Of a stretch of DNA of 64,000 nt, positions 1 to 8,308 are shown in pieces; the stretch's first letter is position 1; the number at the start of each line of letters is the position of its first letter. The notes beneath the pieces were generated by a model. The model was not told where the DNA came from, did no database searches, and saw only the letters and a program-made list of their open reading frames with translations. A program made the translations under genes and the position numbers. This DNA comes from Rhodothermus sp. Lineage in GTDB: Bacteria; Bacteroidota; Rhodothermia; Rhodothermales; Rhodothermaceae. The stretch covers positions 4,850 through 68,849 of the forward strand of contig JALSJJ010000074.1 of NCBI GenBank assembly GCA_026989375.1, written 5' to 3'.

Positions 1-80
1 AGATGCGCCAGCACCTTGAGGGTGAACCATCCGACTTTCCAGCTCAAGTTTCCTTGCCGCCGGTCGATAAAAAACGTTAG
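1..80 (+). CDS. 3' end of an upstream gene (partial), product unknown
   Basis: Frame 3 is open from the window edge (...MRQHLEGEPSDFPAQVSLPPVDKKR) to TAG at 78-80, just before the PqqD gene. Confidence 0.4.
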   Translation, partial: MRQHLEGEPSDFPAQVSLPPVDKKR

Positions 81-126
81 CTTTCTGTATCCCGCTATGC
101 GTATACTGAGCCGAACAGCCACACCT

Positions 127-429
127 ATGGAGCGTACCGCGCTGACCCTCGAAACCGTCGTCGTCGCTTCTCCCGAACAGGTCTCCTCGAAGTTGGGCGA
201 TGAGGTGGTCATCCTGAACCTGCGAAACGGGGTGTACTATGGACTGGACCCTATTGGCACGCGCATCTGGGAGCTGATCCAGGAGCCGCGCTCCGTACGC
301 CAGGTGTGTGAGGTGCTGCTGGAAGAATACGACGTAACCTTCGAGCAGTGCGCCGAGGATGTCCTGGCCCTCATGCGCGACCTGCACGCCCAGGGGCTGA
401 TCGAGACCCACGAGGATCAGGGTACGTAA
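127..429 (+). CDS. PqqD-family / RiPP recognition element (lasso B1-like) protein
   Basis: ~100 aa with pattern SSKLGDEVVILNLRNGVYYGLDPIGTRIWELI...LLEEYDV...DVLALMRDLHAQGLI. ATG at 127 (alt. 97) preferred over the track's GTG at 16. Confidence 0.85.
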   Translation: MERTALTLETVVVASPEQVSSKLGDEVVILNLRNGVYYGLDPIGTRIWELIQEPRSVRQVCEVLLEEYDVTFEQCAEDVLALMRDLHAQGLIETHEDQGT

Positions 430-1190
430 ACAAGGACCTGTTGAAAATGCCGGTTGCCCGCTTTCAACCGAACGACATACAGACCGGCCGGCAGCTTGTC
501 GGGATGCCAGGTGTACCGGTAAGTGCCTGGCTGTAAGAACGCGGTAAGCAACCGTGCTACTTCCTGGCCCATCAGGTTGTACACCACCAGCCGCACGTCG
601 GCCACTTCGGCCAGATCGACCTGCAGGGTAACACGCGTGCGAAAGGGATTGGGAAAGGCCGGATGCAGTTGGGTCACGGCCGGTAGCTCGGTGAAAGGAG
701 CTACCGGGGTGGCCCGATCAGGAAAGACCACCATCCGAGCCACTTTGTACAGCGCATTGGGCTGGTAACGGCCACTGTCCAGGAATACGTTGCCCGAAGC
801 GTACTGCACCTCAATTCGTCCATTGTCCGGACCGATATGTTGGTCCCGAGCCCGATCCCACACATGAAACAGAATGGTGTCGCCGGGCGCAAATCCTTCC
901 TTGGTGTCGGGCGTGATCAATGGGTCGTCACCCCATAGCGTCAGCACCATTGGCTGCTCCCCATCCCATACGGCCACTCCGGCACAGATACCTTCCGGCG
1001 TGTAAGCGGCCAGCTCGCTGCCTGGGGCTATGGGAATACCATCGAGCAGCGGAGGTGTCTCGAGAGGAATCGTCAGGGTTGCATTGTTGTCGGTTTCTTT
1101 GGCACATCCGGTAAAAAACTGTTGGCTTTTTGCAGGAAATGCTATCAGCAGGCTCACAGACAATACCCATCTGTACCACAGCCCCTTCAT
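417..1190 (-). CDS. Secreted protein with C-terminal T9SS (type A CTD) sorting domain
   Basis: N-terminal signal peptide; C-terminal LHPAFPNPF...VVYNLMGQEV...LPAGLYVVRL motif typical of Por secretion tails. Confidence 0.85.
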   Translation of the reverse strand: MKGLWYRWVLSVSLLIAFPAKSQQFFTGCAKETDNNATLTIPLETPPLLDGIPIAPGSELAAYTPEGICAGVAVWDGEQPMVLTLWGDDPLITPDTKEGFAPGDTILFHVWDRARDQHIGPDNGRIEVQYASGNVFLDSGRYQPNALYKVARMVVFPDRATPVAPFTELPAVTQLHPAFPNPFRTRVTLQVDLAEVADVRLVVYNLMGQEVARLLTAFLQPGTYRYTWHPDKLPAGLYVVRLKAGNRHFQQVLVYVP

Positions 1191-1411
1191 ATTCCTGAAC
1201 GTGTTGGTGGAAGCTCAAGAAGGCGGGAAGCGAGGGGTTCAATTGAGATGCCATCTCCTCTATGGTTGATATATTGAAAAAATGGCCCGGTTTTGAAAAA
1301 GACAGCAGCGTGAAAGCGAAACCAACGGGTAAAAAAGAAGCAGATAGCTGTAACTGGTGTCCTGCCCTGCTCGTAGGAAAGGACATGGAGGTACCAGGTG
1401 GTGGAGTTCCT

Positions 1412-2320
1412 ATGCAAAAGCGACGGATAAGGATCGGGCTTCTGAGTGGACTGCTCATGCTGGTTGGCGTAGCACGGGCGGAGGGGGTGGTCGAAATCAC
1501 CGATGTGGTCAAGCGGGCTTTCAAGGCGGCACCTGGGGGCTATCTGGAGTTAGAAGCCGATCGGGCAAATCTGGAGATTCGTGCCACCGAGGAAGCGGCC
1601 GTTTACGTCGAAGTCATTCGCACCCTGCAAACCGAACGGCATGAAGAGGCTGAGCGTTTGCTGAAAGGACACCAGCTTGTCTTTCGACAGGAGGGCGAAG
1701 CGATTTACATCAAGTCGCAGCTTTCGGAGGACGGAAGCTGGCGTTTCTGGAAGCGCAAACGTACCCGGATCAAAGTGACAATCCGCATTCGGGTGCCTCG
1801 GCGTTTCAACGTGACGTTCGCGAACGGTGCCGGCAATGTGGAGCTCGGTGAGCTGGACGGTACGATTGAAGGGGAAACCGGTGCCGGAAACGTGACGCTT
1901 CGCCATCTGCGGGGAACGATCCAGATCAACACCGGAGCCGGTAATGTGGAAGTGACCGAACTGGAAGGACGGTTGGAGGTGAAAACCGGAGCTGGCAATA
2001 TAACGATCAAGGGGTTGCGCGGAAGTGCTGAGGTGAAGACCGGGGCTGGTAACATTACGGCCGAATTTTTGACACCTCCTGAAAAGGATAGCCGCCTGGA
2101 GTCGGGGGCAGGCAATGTAACAGTCTGGGTACCGGCGCAGGCCGGCTTTGAGCTGGACGCCTCTACAGGGATTGGATCGATCAGCACCGATTTCGACCTG
2201 CACACCGATCGCGACTGGATCAGCGCCAAAGCGCGTGGAGTGGTGAACGGGGGTGGGCCTACGCTTCGTCTGGAGGCAGGACTGGGCAACGTATCGATCC
2301 GTCGATTGCCGAGCTCCTGA
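1412..2320 (+). CDS. DUF4097-family beta-strand repeat (adhesin-like) exported protein
   Basis: Signal peptide from ATG 1412; about six (T/N/S)GAGN(V/I) repeats at ~18 aa spacing; C-terminal GGGPTLRLEAGLGNVSI. Confidence 0.8.
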   Translation: MQKRRIRIGLLSGLLMLVGVARAEGVVEITDVVKRAFKAAPGGYLELEADRANLEIRATEEAAVYVEVIRTLQTERHEEAERLLKGHQLVFRQEGEAIYIKSQLSEDGSWRFWKRKRTRIKVTIRIRVPRRFNVTFANGAGNVELGELDGTIEGETGAGNVTLRHLRGTIQINTGAGNVEVTELEGRLEVKTGAGNITIKGLRGSAEVKTGAGNITAEFLTPPEKDSRLESGAGNVTVWVPAQAGFELDASTGIGSISTDFDLHTDRDWISAKARGVVNGGGPTLRLEAGLGNVSIRRLPSS

Positions 2321-2423
2321 AGCCGTTGTGGCGCTCCCTGGATTTCTGTCTCTTTTTGCTGAAGCTGAAACAAGGAGGGGGCCCTCTCGTTGGAGCGACG
2401 GCGTTAATATCGGGGAGCGGCCT

Positions 2424-3068
2424 ATGAACGCCGGGAGCGGGCAACGTTCAGCGTATTATGTAGACACCCCGCGTGGGTTGTTTACAGCGGCCGGTCACTG
2501 GTTCCGCACCACCGAAGCGTTGCTGCGATCCTACGCCGGGCCCCTCCTGGAAAAAGAACCGCTGGACCGATTGCTGCGCCAGGCTGATACGTGGCTGAAG
2601 CTCCCCGCCGTGTTGATGCTCTGGACACTTTTGCCGCTGCTGTGGGTGTGGGAGCCGGTAAAAGCTGTCGGTACTGCGCTGGGATTGTATCTGCTAAGTA
2701 ATCTGCTGCTACCCCTGTTGATTCTACGGCCGCTAACTCCGATACTGACAAAACTGGCGACCCCTTGGCTCCAGGGAGCGGCTTATGTCGTGGGGTTGAC
2801 CGGCCTGGCTTGGCAGGAAAACTTCGCGGCTGTCTGGATGGGACTGGGCGCGTTTGTACTGGTGCGGTGGGGAGTGCTCGAGCGTTTGCTGTGGCCACTG
2901 CTGGATCGGCTGGGGGCGGCGCTGTATCGTCTGCCCCTGCCTGATCAGGTGTTGCGGTCGCTGATACTTCGGGCGGCCCTGGCGCACCGCATCCCGCTCC
3001 CCGAGCTGCAGGCGATGGAGCAGGAAGTGCTGCGGCACCTGCGCCAGCTTCCCTGGAATCGAAATTGA
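2424..3068 (+). CDS. Hypothetical integral membrane protein
   Basis: Several hydrophobic segments; ATG at 2424; first gene of the run leading into menF. Confidence 0.65.
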   Translation: MNAGSGQRSAYYVDTPRGLFTAAGHWFRTTEALLRSYAGPLLEKEPLDRLLRQADTWLKLPAVLMLWTLLPLLWVWEPVKAVGTALGLYLLSNLLLPLLILRPLTPILTKLATPWLQGAAYVVGLTGLAWQENFAAVWMGLGAFVLVRWGVLERLLWPLLDRLGAALYRLPLPDQVLRSLILRAALAHRIPLPELQAMEQEVLRHLRQLPWNRN

Positions 3069-3076
3069 CCGGATGT

Positions 3077-3742
3077 ATGGCTGTAACTACGCTGTATCTG
3101 GTGCGGCATGGCGAGACGGACTACAACCGCCACAACATTGTACAGGGACGGGGAGTAGATGCCCCGCTGAACGAACAGGGCCGGCGCCAGGCTAAAGCGC
3201 TGGCGCGACGCTTTGCGTCGATGCCGTTGGAGGCCATTTATACGAGTCCGCTGCAACGAGCCGTGGCTACGGCCGAAGCCGTGCGCCTCTATCATCCCGA
3301 GGTGCCGCTCTACCGGATGGCCGATCTGGCGGAAATGGACTGGGGACATCTGGAAGGCAAGCCGTATGCACCGCCCTATGATGCGCAGATTCGCGCCATC
3401 TATGAGCGCTGGCGGGCTGGTGCGTACGACTACCCGGTGCCCGGAGGCGAGTCCATTCTGGACGTACAACGTCGGGCATTGCGAGCACTGGAAACCATCC
3501 TGACGCAGCACGAAGGCGAAACGGTGCTGGTGATAACGCATGGTCGCTTTCTCCGAGTTCTGCTGGCTTCTGTGCTGCCCGAGTATGGACTGGCCCGTAT
3601 GGACGCCCTGCCGCATACGAATACGGCCGTCAACCATCTGGTGTACGAAAACGGTCGCTTCAAAGCCCTCCGGCTGAACTGTACGGCCCATCTGGAAGAA
3701 GCGACAGTAGACGACGCGGTCAGGACGGAGGTGGCGGCATGA
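3077..3742 (+). CDS. Histidine phosphatase (phosphoglycerate mutase-like) family protein
   Basis: LVRHGETDYN catalytic motif, SPLQRA, and VITHG second His. Confidence 0.9.
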   Translation: MAVTTLYLVRHGETDYNRHNIVQGRGVDAPLNEQGRRQAKALARRFASMPLEAIYTSPLQRAVATAEAVRLYHPEVPLYRMADLAEMDWGHLEGKPYAPPYDAQIRAIYERWRAGAYDYPVPGGESILDVQRRALRALETILTQHEGETVLVITHGRFLRVLLASVLPEYGLARMDALPHTNTAVNHLVYENGRFKALRLNCTAHLEEATVDDAVRTEVAA

Positions 3743-5133
3743 AGCGGTTGGAGCCATCGGCGGCAGCAGGCACTATGCCGGTGTGCGCACCGGAGGAGCT
3801 GCCCCGTGTGCTGGGCAGCCGCATCCGGCAGGTGCTTCGCGCAGCAGACAATGATCACATTGTATGCCTGCGCTGCCCGATCTCACCGATTGAGTTGCCG
3901 GTCTGGCTGGCCGCGCAGGACGTCCCGGTTAAGTTTTACTGGGCTGATCGCGAAGGTACTGAGGCCGTGGCTGCACTGGGCATCGTGGTACAGTATGCGC
4001 TGGAGACGCCTCTTACGCGCCAGGCCCTGCAGCCGCTGGAGGACCGACTCCAGCGAGCCGATCCCGAGGTCCGGTTTTATGGAGGAGCCCGTTTTGACGG
4101 ACAGGCGGCCACTGCGGCCTACTGGAGGCCATTTGGCATCGGACGCTTCTGGCTGCCACGCTTTGAGGTGCGTCAGCAGGCATCGCGCTACTGGCTGGTC
4201 TGTAACCTGATCCCTGCACTGGATCGAGATCGCGAGGCGTCAATTATCGAAGCGCTGGCTGCGTTGCAGTGGCCCGAGGTGCCGCTTGCGTCGGTATTGC
4301 CACTGCCGGTGGACCGCTGCGACGCTCCAGATAGAACAGGCTGGATACACAATGTTAAGCGGGCACTGGATGCCTTCCGGAAGGGGCAGATGGAAAAGGT
4401 GGTGCTGGCCCGGCAGGTACGGTATGCGTTTGGAGAACTCCTGGACGGATTAGCTCTGCTACAACGGCTGCAGGAGGCAACGCCCGGCTGTTTCCATTTT
4501 TATTACCAGCCCGACCCGGACACGGCTTTTCTGGGCGCTTCGCCGGAACGGCTGTTCCGGCGTGCCAATGGCTACGTATGGAGCGAGGCGGTTGCCGGTA
4601 CCAGACCGCGAGGTCGAACAGAGGCGGACGATGCGCGCTTGGCTGCGGAACTGCTGCAGAGCGAAAAAGATCGACGCGAGCAGTATTATGTGCAGCAGAG
4701 CATTATGGAGGAACTGGATCCGCTATGTGAAACGCTGGAGGCCGACGCCCAGCTCTCTGAAATGACGCTGGCCCGTGGTCGGCATCTGTACACGGGCATC
4801 CGGGGACGACTGCGGGCAGACGTGTCCACGGGTGCGTTGCTGGAAGCGTTGCATCCCACGCCGGCCGTCGGAGGCTATCCGCGTGCGGTCGCCATGGAAG
4901 CCATTCGTGCTTGGGAACCGTTCGACCGCGGATGGTACACGGGGCCCATCGGTTGGATGAGCAGCCGGACGGCCGAGTTTGCCGTAGCCATTCGATGTGG
5001 GCTGGTAGCGAAGCATTACCTGTATCTTTACTCCGGCGCCGGTCTGGTGGAAGGCTCGGTGCCCGAGTTGGAATGGGAAGAGATCGAGCACAAAATCAGT
5101 GACTTTGTGAACGTGCTGGGCCTTGAGCTTTGA
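3739..5133 (+). CDS. menF: Isochorismate synthase
   Basis: KVVLAR, FLGASPERL, EAVAGT, ALHPTPAVGG, WYTGPIG and GAGLV chorismate-binding motifs; adjacent to menD. Confidence 0.9.
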   Translation: MKRLEPSAAAGTMPVCAPEELPRVLGSRIRQVLRAADNDHIVCLRCPISPIELPVWLAAQDVPVKFYWADREGTEAVAALGIVVQYALETPLTRQALQPLEDRLQRADPEVRFYGGARFDGQAATAAYWRPFGIGRFWLPRFEVRQQASRYWLVCNLIPALDRDREASIIEALAALQWPEVPLASVLPLPVDRCDAPDRTGWIHNVKRALDAFRKGQMEKVVLARQVRYAFGELLDGLALLQRLQEATPGCFHFYYQPDPDTAFLGASPERLFRRANGYVWSEAVAGTRPRGRTEADDARLAAELLQSEKDRREQYYVQQSIMEELDPLCETLEADAQLSEMTLARGRHLYTGIRGRLRADVSTGALLEALHPTPAVGGYPRAVAMEAIRAWEPFDRGWYTGPIGWMSSRTAEFAVAIRCGLVAKHYLYLYSGAGLVEGSVPELEWEEIEHKISDFVNVLGLEL

Positions 5134-6871
5134 CGTTCGTAACCAACAGGACTGGGCAGATCAACTCATCGACGAGCTGGTGCGCTGCGGCGTAACGCAC
5201 TTCTGCATTGCGCCCGGCTCGCGATCCACGCCGCTGGTGGCAGCCGTCGCCCGTCACCCGGAGGCCCGGGCCATTGTCCATTATGACGAACGGGGAACCG
5301 CTTTCTGGGCCCTGGGCTATGGACGGGCTACCGGACGTCCGGCCGCCTGGATCACCACCTCGGGCACCGCCGTCGCCAATGGATTGCCGGCCGTTGTCGA
5401 AGCCAGCCAGGACGAGGTGCCGCTCCTGCTCCTTACGGCCGACCGGCCACCAGAGCTGCGCGACACCGGCGCCAATCAAACCATCGACCAGGTCAAACTC
5501 TTCGGTTCCTACGTGCGCTGGCAGTTCGAACTGCCCGTGCCCGATCCCGACCTGGATCCGGCCCTGGTGCGTACCACGATAGACCAGGCCGTTTATCGAA
5601 GCATGCGGTCCCCGGCCGGTCCCGTCCATCTGAACTGTCCGTTCCGGGAGCCGCTGGTGCCCGAGCCCGGTAAGCTTGCCCCCATCAAGGCTTTCAACGA
5701 ACCTCATACGCGCTATGCAGCGCCCGTTATGGCGCCTGATCCGGTCGCCCTCTCCGAGCTGGCGGCCACGGTCCGGTCCGTGGAACGGGGATTGATCATA
5801 GCCGGACGCCTGCGCACGGCCGAAGCGGCGACGGCTGTCGCAAAGCTGGCAGCCCATCTGGGCTGGCCCCTGCTACCCGACGTGACCTCTGGGCTGCGGC
5901 TGGGCGCCGATGGATTCCCCCTGGTGCCGTTTGCCGAACTGCTGTTGCGCGACCCAGAACGCGCCGCCCGTGCCTTGCAACCAGAAGCCGTGCTGCACAT
6001 AGGCGGACGCTTCGTCTCCAAACGCCTGTTGCAGTTCATAAAAGCTGCCCGGCTGCGCTGCTATGCCCACGTGCATGATAGCCCGATCCGGCTTGACCCG
6101 GTGCATCGGGTAACGTTTCGGCTGGAGGCCGACGTTGCCCGTACCTGCACGGCGCTGGTCGAGACCCTGCCGGCCACAGGCAGGCCGTCCGCCTGGACCC
6201 GACACTGGCGGCGGGCCGATGAAGCTGTCCGCAACCGACTGCAGCAGCAGTTCCAGCACAGAGAACTGGCCGAGCCAGACGTTGCCTGGCATCTGGCCCG
6301 ATGGTTACCGTCCACGCACGGGCTCGTGCTGGCCAGTAGCCTGCCTGTCCGGCTCATGCACACCTGGGCCGCTCCCGACGGGACGCAACCCCCGGTGGCT
6401 GCCAACCGGGGCGCCAGCGGGATCGATGGCACGGTGGCCACCGTGGCTGGCTTTGCCATGGGACTGGAACGCCCGGTAACCCTACTGATCGGCGACCTGG
6501 CGTTGCTGCACGACCTGAACAGCCTGGCGTTGCTGCGCGACCAACCTGTTGTCGTGGTCGTGCTGAACAACGACGGTGGCGGTATTTTTTCGTTTCTGCC
6601 AATTGCCGCGCATACCGAACTGTTCGAGCCGTTTTTCGGCACGCCACACGGGTTGCAGTTTGCACATGCAGCCCACCTGTTCGGGCTGACTTACGAGGCT
6701 CCCCGAACCCTTCAGGAGCTGGAACAGGCCTATCGCGAAGCCTGCAGCCGACCCACAGCTACGCTGCTTGAGGTGCGTACCCATCGTTCACGCACCTATA
6801 CCCGCTGGCTAGAACTGGAGGCAACGCTGGCCGACATCTGTGAAGCCTTCTACGAACCACTCAGCTCCTGA
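5123..6871 (+). CDS. menD: SEPHCHC synthase (ThDP-dependent)
   Basis: APGSRSTPL, DERGTAFWALG, TTSGTAVAN, TADRPPELR, NRGASGIDG, GDLALLHDLN and NNDGGGIF motifs. Confidence 0.95.
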   Translation: MSFDVRNQQDWADQLIDELVRCGVTHFCIAPGSRSTPLVAAVARHPEARAIVHYDERGTAFWALGYGRATGRPAAWITTSGTAVANGLPAVVEASQDEVPLLLLTADRPPELRDTGANQTIDQVKLFGSYVRWQFELPVPDPDLDPALVRTTIDQAVYRSMRSPAGPVHLNCPFREPLVPEPGKLAPIKAFNEPHTRYAAPVMAPDPVALSELAATVRSVERGLIIAGRLRTAEAATAVAKLAAHLGWPLLPDVTSGLRLGADGFPLVPFAELLLRDPERAARALQPEAVLHIGGRFVSKRLLQFIKAARLRCYAHVHDSPIRLDPVHRVTFRLEADVARTCTALVETLPATGRPSAWTRHWRRADEAVRNRLQQQFQHRELAEPDVAWHLARWLPSTHGLVLASSLPVRLMHTWAAPDGTQPPVAANRGASGIDGTVATVAGFAMGLERPVTLLIGDLALLHDLNSLALLRDQPVVVVVLNNDGGGIFSFLPIAAHTELFEPFFGTPHGLQFAHAAHLFGLTYEAPRTLQELEQAYREACSRPTATLLEVRTHRSRTYTRWLELEATLADICEAFYEPLSS

Positions 6872-7743
6872 TAGACTGCCCGGATGGCGTTCGGAATGCC
6901 CTGGCGCCAGCTCTCAAGGTAATGTTCTGGAAAGTCCGGCAGTCGGTCGACCACCAGCTCGTCAATGGATTTGCCTGCCTTGATTCCGGCATCCACATAG
7001 CGCCACAGGCCTTCCAGAAAGTCGCGCATCACCAGTAAATCGGCGCGGCTTCCGACAACGCCGTACTTCGGGTTGCCGTGCCCAAAGATGAACTGGGTCT
7101 CGTCGTCGTAGGTGGCATGCAGCCGCTCCAGCGCCGCAATCCATCCCCGAGTTGTGGCACCCCCGGGCAGGTCAATGAAGCAGGGCATCCGATTGAAGAC
7201 GAGATCGCCCACGTGCACGATGTTGGCTTTTTCAAAGTAGATGATGGCATCACCGCCGGTATGGGCCGGTCCGTAGTAGATAACGTGCACGCGCTCGTCG
7301 CCCGCGTCGAGCGTGAGCTGTGTGTCGAAGGTACGGTCGGCGTAAACCTGTTGGTCCAGGGTGTTTTGCCGCTGGGCCGCGCGACGCTGGAGCTCCGGGA
7401 CGTTACGGTGGGCAATGATCTGGCGAGCATGTGGCTTCAGCGCACGGTTGCCCGCTGTGTGGTCCCGGTGATGGTGCGTGTTGATGAGCGCATCGATCAT
7501 GCGATCGGTTCGCCTGCGCAGGCCCTCCCAGCACTGCGTGGCTGTTTCGGGAAATTGCGCGTCCACCACAATCAACGCGTCGGTCGTGGCCAGCCAGCCG
7601 ATGGTGCCGCCGCGTCCGGTAAAAATCCCGACGTTCCGGCGAAGCAGACGAAATGGATCGTCCTGCAGGTGCAGTCCGCGGGGGGCAACCAGCGGCAGCA
7701 ATGCGGCGGCAAGGGTCTGCTGCAGAAAGGTGCGACGGTTCAT
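6850..7743 (-). CDS. Tat-exported MBL-fold metallo-hydrolase (cyclase/glyoxalase-II-like)
   Basis: Twin-arginine signal MNRRTFLQQ; HxHxDH motif (THHHRDH), AHTGGD, GDLVFN, FGHG. Start 7743 (alt. 7764); the track's extension to 8079 overlaps iorA and is not credible. Confidence 0.85.
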   Translation of the reverse strand: MNRRTFLQQTLAAALLPLVAPRGLHLQDDPFRLLRRNVGIFTGRGGTIGWLATTDALIVVDAQFPETATQCWEGLRRRTDRMIDALINTHHHRDHTAGNRALKPHARQIIAHRNVPELQRRAAQRQNTLDQQVYADRTFDTQLTLDAGDERVHVIYYGPAHTGGDAIIYFEKANIVHVGDLVFNRMPCFIDLPGGATTRGWIAALERLHATYDDETQFIFGHGNPKYGVVGSRADLLVMRDFLEGLWRYVDAGIKAGKSIDELVVDRLPDFPEHYLESWRQGIPNAIRAVYQELSGS

Positions 7744-7831
7744 GGCCCTGCGCGATTGGTTCATAGATACTTGCAAGATGGTGGATTTCGTTGTAACATG
7801 CAAGAAATACGCACTTGCCAGCGGAGAGATC

Positions 7832-8308
7832 ATGACGCGCTTTGAACTGCTGGTCAACGGCACCCGACACGTGGTCGAGGTGCCGCCCGACATGCCGCTG
7901 CTCTGGGTGCTGCGCGACGTGCTGGGGCTTCGCGGGACCAAGTTCGGCTGTGGCAAAGCGCTTTGCGGGGCCTGCACGGTGCATCTGAGCGGTACGCCGG
8001 TGCGTTCGTGCGTACTGCCCGTTTCGGCGGTGGTCGGCCAGCCTATCACCACCATCGAAGGACTGGATGCCGCGGGCAATCATCCATTGCAACGGGCCTG
8101 GCGTGAGCTCAACGTACCCCAGTGTGGCTATTGCCAGGCCGGTCAGCTTATGACGGCCGCTGCCCTGCTGCGGCAGAACCCGAATCCCACCGACGAAGAC
8201 ATCATCGCCGCCATGGCCGGTAACCTGTGCCGTTGCGGTACCTACCACCGCATTCGGCAGGCGATTCATCGGGCCGCGGAGATCATGCGGCAGGAGGGGA
8301 CGCGATGA
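7832..8308 (+). CDS. 2x[2Fe-2S] small subunit of xanthine oxidase-family enzyme (IorA/CoxS-like)
   Basis: [14 protein letters not shown]...SC and QCGYCQAG...NLCRCGTY cluster motifs. Confidence 0.92.
   Translation: MTRFELLVNGTRHVVEVPPDMPLLWVLRDVLGLRGTKFGCGKALCGACTVHLSGTPVRSCVLPVSAVVGQPITTIEGLDAAGNHPLQRAWRELNVPQCGYCQAGQLMTAAALLRQNPNPTDEDIIAAMAGNLCRCGTYHRIRQAIHRAAEIMRQEGTR

Noticed and set aside
1820-2120. CRISPR-like periodic repeats in the DUF4097 gene and at 53444-53570
   Set aside because: They are degenerate, in-frame coding repeats (GAGN; DPFYY), with no identical repeats, unique spacers or cas genes.
6850-7743. MBL hydrolase as a non-orthologous replacement for MenH or MenB
   Set aside because: It carries a Tat export signal, whereas those steps are cytoplasmic, and it has a different fold.
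7744-8079. N-terminal extensions in the ORF track (MBL, iorA, iorB, DUF4097, pheS, thrS, btuF/btuC-like, nfi)
   Set aside because: They overlap neighbouring genes or regulatory RNA; signal peptides and family N-termini begin at downstream ATGs.
7403-8269. Long alternative-frame or antisense ORFs (e.g. 7403-8269, 9574-10494, 12320-13567, 39304-40308, 43574-44365, 44453-45280)
   Set aside because: They overlap well-supported genes, lack recognisable motifs and are expected shadows in GC-rich coding DNA.
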